Below are positions 58,358 through 64,000 of a stretch of 64,000 nucleotides of DNA, piece by piece (within the stretch, counting starts at the first letter, position 1; each line of letters opens with the position of its first letter). Where the stretch lies: contig OY843751.1 in NCBI GenBank assembly GCA_963693055.1, positions 3,136,001 to 3,200,000 of the forward strand, in the 5' to 3' direction. The translations under genes and the position numbers were made by a program. Under the pieces are notes generated by a model. The model saw only the letters and a list, made by a program, of their open reading frames with translations. It was not told where the DNA came from and searched no databases. This DNA comes from a bacterium (GTDB lineage: Bacteria > Zhuqueibacterota > Zhuqueibacteria > Residuimicrobiales > Krinioviventaceae).

Positions 58358-58837
58358 TTAGGCAATTAATTGTTCAACATTTGACATTAAAGCATCAATT
58401 TCCTGAGTAATCACATTTTCAATATCGAGAAGTATTGTAACTCTGTGCTGCATTTTTCCTAAAGCAAGAATAAAATCTGTATTAAGCGCGGTTCCAAAAT
58501 CGGGTGTACTTTCAATATTTTCATCGTGAATATCAATTACTTCTTTAACCTGATCAACCAAAAGTCCCATTCTAACTTTGGACGTTTGAATGATTATGAT
58601 AACGGATTCTTCATCAACAGGTTTAGTAGATATGCCAAAACGACTACGGAGATCCATTATAGGAATTACCTGATCACGCAAATTAATCAAACCCAGAATA
58701 AAATCCGGTGTTTGCGGTATTTCACGTATCTCCATATATTTGATGATTTCAACAATTTTTAATATTTCTATACCATATTCTTCTTTTTCGATTTGAAAAG
58801 TTAAATATTTTCCGCTTAAAGATTCTTTATTTTCCAT
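58358..58837 (-). CDS. cheW: Chemotaxis adaptor CheW
   Basis: 'KYLTF', 'GLINLRDQVIP', 'GLLVDQV'. Confidence 0.93.
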   Translation of the reverse strand: MENKESLSGKYLTFQIEKEEYGIEILKIVEIIKYMEIREIPQTPDFILGLINLRDQVIPIMDLRSRFGISTKPVDEESVIIIIQTSKVRMGLLVDQVKEVIDIHDENIESTPDFGTALNTDFILALGKMQHRVTILLDIENVITQEIDALMSNVEQLIA

Positions 58838-58980
58838 AACAAAACTCCATATATATTAGTTAATTGGTAGATGTTCTTTCCACCTTAAAATTTTTCTCAA
58901 TTCCCAATAATTTCAAAAAATGTTATATTTTTCAATTAACCAATAAAAATAAACTTTTCCACCAATAAACTAAATTCTCA

Positions 58981-60819
58981 TCATTGTGGTGTTAATTTAA
59001 ATTTTTCAATCATATTACGCATATCGGCAGATTGACTTGCCAATTCTTCAGCAGAGCTTGCAGACTCTTCAGAATTAGCCGCTGTTTGTTGCGTAACCTG
59101 GTTCATCTGTTCAACCGCAGAGTTTACCTGATCAATGCCCTGGTTCTGTTCATTAGATGCAGCAGCAATTTCTGCCATCACTTCACCAACCTTGATCACC
59201 CGTTCATTGATTTCCATCAAATTACTAAGTACTTTTTCATTCAGTTCTACACCACTATTGGCATTTTTAACAGATTCTTCAATCAAATTAGAAGTATCTT
59301 TGGCTGCTTCAGCACTTCGCATTGCCAAATTTCTAACTTCTTCAGCAACTACCGCAAAGCCTTTACCTGCTTCACCGGCTCGAGCCGCTTCTACTGCAGC
59401 ATTTAAGGCCAGCAAATTGGTTTGGAAAGCAATTTCGTCAATTGTTTGAACAATTTTAGACGTTTCATCTGACGAATCTTTAATCTTTTCAATGGCAATT
59501 GACAAATCATTCATACTGTCAACACCAGTTGATGTACTATCCTGTGCACTTTGGGCAAGATTTTTTGCTTCATTTGCATTGGCAGTAGTCCGACTAATGC
59601 TGGATGACATTTCCTGTAAACTGCTTGATACTTCTTCTAGAGAACTTGCCTGATCTGAAGCGCCATTAGCAACAGATTGACTGCCATTGCTAATTTCACG
59701 CGATGCTACGGAAACCTGACCTACCATATTTGCAACTTTACCAAGACTGTCATCAAGATGATCAAGCGCAACATTCAGGGTGTTTATTATTTCGGCATGC
59801 TTTCCTTTAAAATCACCTTTAACACGAACACAAAGGTCATGGTTTGCTACCTGGTTCAATACTTTAACCAATTCATTAATAGGACCTAATAATGCATCAA
59901 GGGTATCATTAAAGCCATGGATAATTTTTGCAAAATCACCACCATGTTTACTTGCATCAGCACGATAATCAAGATCGCCACGAACAGCAGCATCTGCAAG
60001 TGTATTGGCATCGCTGACAACCGCTTGCACGCTGGCTTTCATTGTGTTCATGGCAATACCCAATGTATCATCGTCCGATAATACATGTACATCAACATTG
60101 AGATTACCTTGTGAAATCTGATATGCAACATCAGCCCGTTGTTTCTGAGACGAGATCATTTCTGAAAAAGAATCTGCCAATTCACCAATTTCATCACTTC
60201 GATTGATGTTAATTTCTGTGTCCAACTTGCCCAAGGCAAATTCCTTGGCAATTTTGGTAATTTTTTTAATTGGATTCACTATCATATTAGAAACAATGAT
60301 TGTAATTGCTACAAATATAGCAATCATAATAATTGCTAAAATAATTGTTGTTCCCTGAGCAGCTGCCAAAGCCTTATTTCGTTCCTCAAGATGAATACCA
60401 ATTGTCATTTTACCCAATTCAGAACCTTCTTCACCAACTGCACGTTGATAAAAGATTTCATTCTTTATTTTTTTCAGTCCTTCTTCTGTCTTGTCTGTAA
60501 TTTCAGGTACACCTTCATCTCGATATTCAAAAATTTCTGTTCCTGCTTTATTCGAAACTGAAACATAAGAAATATTTTTTTGAGCGGTAAACGCTGTCAT
60601 TGAATTTCCTACTTCATCAGCATCATCAAATTCTAAACCCAAAGTAACTGCTTCACTGGCGATATCAGTCATCACTTGAAGTGATGATTTCAAATTTTTG
60701 TCTAATGCAGTTTTGGTAATATTTGAATTAATAAAAATAACTCCCAGCATCAATACAATAATCGTCGCTATAAAGTACACCATCATCTTTGACCGTAATC
60801 CAAGAGCATTTAAATTCAT
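58981..60819 (-). CDS. Methyl-accepting chemotaxis protein (2 TM, small periplasmic sensor, HAMP array)
   Basis: Same hairpin motif; start trimmed to ATG 60819 behind a GGAGG RBS. Confidence 0.95.
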   Translation of the reverse strand: MNLNALGLRSKMMVYFIATIIVLMLGVIFINSNITKTALDKNLKSSLQVMTDIASEAVTLGLEFDDADEVGNSMTAFTAQKNISYVSVSNKAGTEIFEYRDEGVPEITDKTEEGLKKIKNEIFYQRAVGEEGSELGKMTIGIHLEERNKALAAAQGTTIILAIIMIAIFVAITIIVSNMIVNPIKKITKIAKEFALGKLDTEININRSDEIGELADSFSEMISSQKQRADVAYQISQGNLNVDVHVLSDDDTLGIAMNTMKASVQAVVSDANTLADAAVRGDLDYRADASKHGGDFAKIIHGFNDTLDALLGPINELVKVLNQVANHDLCVRVKGDFKGKHAEIINTLNVALDHLDDSLGKVANMVGQVSVASREISNGSQSVANGASDQASSLEEVSSSLQEMSSSISRTTANANEAKNLAQSAQDSTSTGVDSMNDLSIAIEKIKDSSDETSKIVQTIDEIAFQTNLLALNAAVEAARAGEAGKGFAVVAEEVRNLAMRSAEAAKDTSNLIEESVKNANSGVELNEKVLSNLMEINERVIKVGEVMAEIAAASNEQNQGIDQVNSAVEQMNQVTQQTAANSEESASSAEELASQSADMRNMIEKFKLTPQ

Positions 60820-60853
60820 TAATCGTCCTCCATCCTTTTTGGTAATAATAAAA

Positions 60854-63397
60854 TTATTCCTGCAATATTTTTGTATTAACAACCTTTGTGTCAACTTCAC
60901 GCGCAAGAGTAGTCAATTCAGATGTATCAAGAATCAACCCAACTTGTCCATCACCTAAAATTGCACCTCCTGAAATTCCTTTACTTCCGCCCATTTCTTC
61001 ACCCAAAGACTTTGTAACTACCTGCTGTTGACCCAATAGTTGATCAACCAACAAGGCACAACGTCTATCACCATCACCAACAATAACCAACAAGCCTTCT
61101 GTTGGATCGTGTATAGCATCAGGTATATCAAACAAATTATATAATCGGAAAATAGGAATAAGTTCATCCTGGAACATTACCATTTCCCCTTTTTCCGCAA
61201 CTGTAAAAATAGCATCTTTTGCGGGTCTAAAACTCATATGAATATTAATTATAGGCACAATATATCTTTCAACACCAATCTTTACAAGCATGCCGTCAAT
61301 TATTGCAATGGTTAATGGGAATATCATTGTAAATGTTGTGCTTTTTCCCTGAATGGTATCAATGTCAATTCTTCCACGTAATTCTTCAATATTCTTTTTT
61401 ACGACATCAAGGCCTACACCCCGACCAGAAACATTAGTAATCTTTTCTGCAGTAGAAAAACCAGGTGCAAATATCAGGTTATAAACATCGCTTTCAGTCA
61501 AGTTTTTATCATTTTCAATAATACCTTTTTCAATAGCTTTGTTTAAAATTTTAACGCGATCAAGACCTCGGCCATCATCCTGGATCCTGATCATAACATT
61601 ACCACCTGAATGGAATGCAGACATAACAAGCGTACCCACACGAGATTTTCCCAGGTTTTCTCTTTCATCTGCATGTTCAATACCATGATCAACAGCGTTT
61701 CTGATCATATGAACCAACGGATCTTTGATCAGCTCAACCATTTTACGATCAATTTCTGTATCTTCTCCCTGTATTACAAGATTAACTTTTTTCCCGGTTT
61801 TTGTAGCAGTATCTCTTACAAGACGAGACATTTTTTGAAATGTACCAGCCAGAGGAATCATACGCATAGACATACTAAGATCTTGAAGGTCTCTTACAAT
61901 TTTTCCAGCATGAATGACTTTGCGTGTAAATTCGGCTTGCTTTTCGTCTATAACAATTTCATCTTGTGAAATCATGGAATGTGCAATGACCAATTCTCCA
62001 ATCATTTCAATCAAACCATCCAACCGCTCAGTTCGCACCCGAACAAAATTATCTTTGGCTGTTGAAGTTGAAGCCGTATCTTGAATTGGGGTTGGCAATT
62101 CAACTTTGGGTGGAGCTCCATTACTCTTTGGTGTTGCCGCAACTGGTGCAGCAGCGTTTGGAGTTGCCTGAACTTTTTCCGGACCGGCTGAAGGTGACGC
62201 AGCTTCAACTTTGGGTTGTGGCTGAGCAGCAGGCGCTTCTTCACTATCAGATGCCTTAGCATTCGCCAATTCATCTAAAAGCTCATCATACCCCTGAGGC
62301 TTGACTAGTGGATTACCATCAAGGGCCATCTCAACCGATTGTACCAATATTTTAACCATATCTATACCACGTAAAGAAAGGTCTGCATTAGCACCGGTAC
62401 AGGCAATTTCTCCATCACGAATTCTGCTAAAAAAAGATTCCGCAACATGTGCAAAATGTGATGAAAGTTCAAGCTGCAAAAATCCTGAAGTGCCTTTGAT
62501 TGTATGAAAAGCCCGAAACACAATATTTATGGCTTCAGAATCATGCGGATTATTTTCAAGCTGCAACAATGCGGATTCAGCATCTTCAAGATATTCATTT
62601 GATTCAGCAATGAATTCATTTATAATATCGCTATCAAAATCACTTGGTAATTCATATACTTGTTGTGTAACCATTTCTTGCTCGGTAGATTGTTCTTTTT
62701 GTGATGTTTTCTTTTTCTTTGTTGGCTGTACTTCTTCCAATACTTCAAGTGTATTACCTAGCAAATCATTTATTTCTATCAATTCTTCATCAGTTGTTTC
62801 ATGCTTTCCATCAAGCATTAAATCTAATTTTCCCAGTACAGCATTAATATCTATTGTTACCTGTTCAGGAACAGAAGAATCTTCTTTTACTTTGACCAAC
62901 GATTCATGAATATTTTCAAACTCTTTACGATCATTGGGTCCTAGTTGCATTAGTAATGCTGCAACATCATTCAAAATCATTTCTGAAGTTTGATTGCTGA
63001 GTAACTTTTCAGTTTCAGATAAATAAGGTGAATGCTCAGGATTACGGCCTAAGACAATCCATAATTCATGACCTGATTGAAAGATAGAATTTTTAATTTT
63101 TTCTTCATCATCCGAATCCAAAGCCTTAGCAATTGCGTGTATTGAAGAACCTGCTTTCGTTTTAAATGCATCAGGATCTTTATGCTCATTATTATATAAA
63201 TCTTGCAACCCTTCAAGACACATGAGAAAAATTGCAATCAATTCAACAAAATCATCAGGAATTTGAGATTTTATTGTTTCAAGCTCCATTCCAACAGTAA
63301 CAATATCCTGCTGGTTTCCTGGATCAATACTTTCAAGTTGATCAGCATATTTGGAAATATCACTAACTAATTTTTCATCAAGCCGTACAATATCCAA
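60854..63397 (-). CDS. cheA: Chemotaxis histidine kinase CheA
   Basis: Hpt 'FRAFHTIKG', '[10 protein letters not shown]', 'DDGRG', '[10 protein letters not shown]', C-terminal CheW domain. Confidence 0.97.
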   Translation of the reverse strand: MDIVRLDEKLVSDISKYADQLESIDPGNQQDIVTVGMELETIKSQIPDDFVELIAIFLMCLEGLQDLYNNEHKDPDAFKTKAGSSIHAIAKALDSDDEEKIKNSIFQSGHELWIVLGRNPEHSPYLSETEKLLSNQTSEMILNDVAALLMQLGPNDRKEFENIHESLVKVKEDSSVPEQVTIDINAVLGKLDLMLDGKHETTDEELIEINDLLGNTLEVLEEVQPTKKKKTSQKEQSTEQEMVTQQVYELPSDFDSDIINEFIAESNEYLEDAESALLQLENNPHDSEAINIVFRAFHTIKGTSGFLQLELSSHFAHVAESFFSRIRDGEIACTGANADLSLRGIDMVKILVQSVEMALDGNPLVKPQGYDELLDELANAKASDSEEAPAAQPQPKVEAASPSAGPEKVQATPNAAAPVAATPKSNGAPPKVELPTPIQDTASTSTAKDNFVRVRTERLDGLIEMIGELVIAHSMISQDEIVIDEKQAEFTRKVIHAGKIVRDLQDLSMSMRMIPLAGTFQKMSRLVRDTATKTGKKVNLVIQGEDTEIDRKMVELIKDPLVHMIRNAVDHGIEHADERENLGKSRVGTLVMSAFHSGGNVMIRIQDDGRGLDRVKILNKAIEKGIIENDKNLTESDVYNLIFAPGFSTAEKITNVSGRGVGLDVVKKNIEELRGRIDIDTIQGKSTTFTMIFPLTIAIIDGMLVKIGVERYIVPIINIHMSFRPAKDAIFTVAEKGEMVMFQDELIPIFRLYNLFDIPDAIHDPTEGLLVIVGDGDRRCALLVDQLLGQQQVVTKSLGEEMGGSKGISGGAILGDGQVGLILDTSELTTLAREVDTKVVNTKILQE

Positions 63398-63406
63398 AAT
63401 AAACTC

Positions 63407-63913
63407 CTATTTTCTTTTACCATGAAACTTGCCAGAGGTCAGGTTCAATGCAAACCCACCCAGGCTGGATTCATAGTGTAATTGTATACGTGGTAAACGG
63501 TCAGGAACATGTACTTCCATTTGACTGCCGCGTGCAACAGTAGGCAAAGACATATCTACAGAAGCACCAATTGCATCCAGTTGAGCTACAATATCACCAG
63601 CTAACACATTAATTAATTCACCGGTAACATCATCCATATCGACAGAATCATAATCTATATCAAAGCCTGCAAATCTTTTTGCAAAATTGATAGCAGTATC
63701 TTTGGGCATTCCAAGTGAAACAGACCATGACAGGTCACCAATCAATGAAATAATACCTACAATACCCTCAGACATCCACAAGCCATCACCTTGTTTTTCA
63801 CCGGCAAACTTTAATGAGCCATCGTCAATAAAGAAAAAAGAAATATCGATTGATTTTTTCAAACATTCGATATGCACAGCAGAAAAATCTTCAGAGTTAT
63901 AATTATCAGACAT
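63407..63913 (-). CDS. cheX: CheX-like phosphatase
   Basis: 'GIISLIGD', 'DVTGELINVLAG', 'SLPTV..G'. Confidence 0.85.
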   Translation of the reverse strand: MSDNYNSEDFSAVHIECLKKSIDISFFFIDDGSLKFAGEKQGDGLWMSEGIVGIISLIGDLSWSVSLGMPKDTAINFAKRFAGFDIDYDSVDMDDVTGELINVLAGDIVAQLDAIGASVDMSLPTVARGSQMEVHVPDRLPRIQLHYESSLGGFALNLTSGKFHGKRK

Positions 63914-64000
63914 TTTTATCCTCTTTACTTATTTTTTTCAATTCAACTAACCCAAGTTATGAAAAAAGCCTGCTGCTTTGCTGCCTTTATTCAATTTATC

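Noticed and set aside
58838-58980. Intergenic gap with two GGTGGAAA copies (possible sRNA or lost MCP tail)
   Set aside because: No stable structure and no open continuation of the MCP frame; too weak to call.
63914-64000. Possible 3' end of an upstream gene or a terminator
   Set aside because: Too short and ambiguous at the window edge.
1-64000. CRISPR arrays, tRNA/rRNA, IS elements, prophage
   Set aside because: No regularly spaced repeats, cloverleaf or rRNA-like tracts, transposases or phage genes seen; intergenic gaps are all under about 270 bp.

Overview
This is an AT-rich, gene-dense bacterial window with most genes on the minus strand. A secreted protein carries an NYPNPFNP/FlgD-Ig C-terminal sorting domain, which suggests an FCB-group lineage such as KSB1 or Calditrichota (inference only). 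From left to right: (1) 0.3-8.2 kb is a putative sigma54-driven operon. It encodes a CTD-sorted surface protein, three pilin-like subunits, a two-Ig chaperone and a non-canonical usher-like barrel, followed by a eukaryote-type PRMT-like methyltransferase and a GNAT. (2) traB-like, glgB and an outer-membrane barrel gene. (3) A Ddl-like ATP-grasp/degenerate M20 fusion, a cytoplasmic GGT and an N-formylglutamate amidohydrolase. (4) mntP, carbohydrate and peptidase genes, and a TetR gene with a visible operator. (5) 31-50 kb is a late flagellar cluster: flgFGAHIJNKL, fliW, csrA, TPR/glycosyltransferase genes, fliC, fliS, fliD, flaG and flgM, with sigma28 and CsrA sites. (6) 50-64 kb is a chemotaxis operon in which ParA sits next to a CheW bearing a ParB-like N-terminal peptide. 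I saw no rRNA, tRNA, CRISPR array or mobile element. All calls come from reading motifs by eye; no database searches were run.
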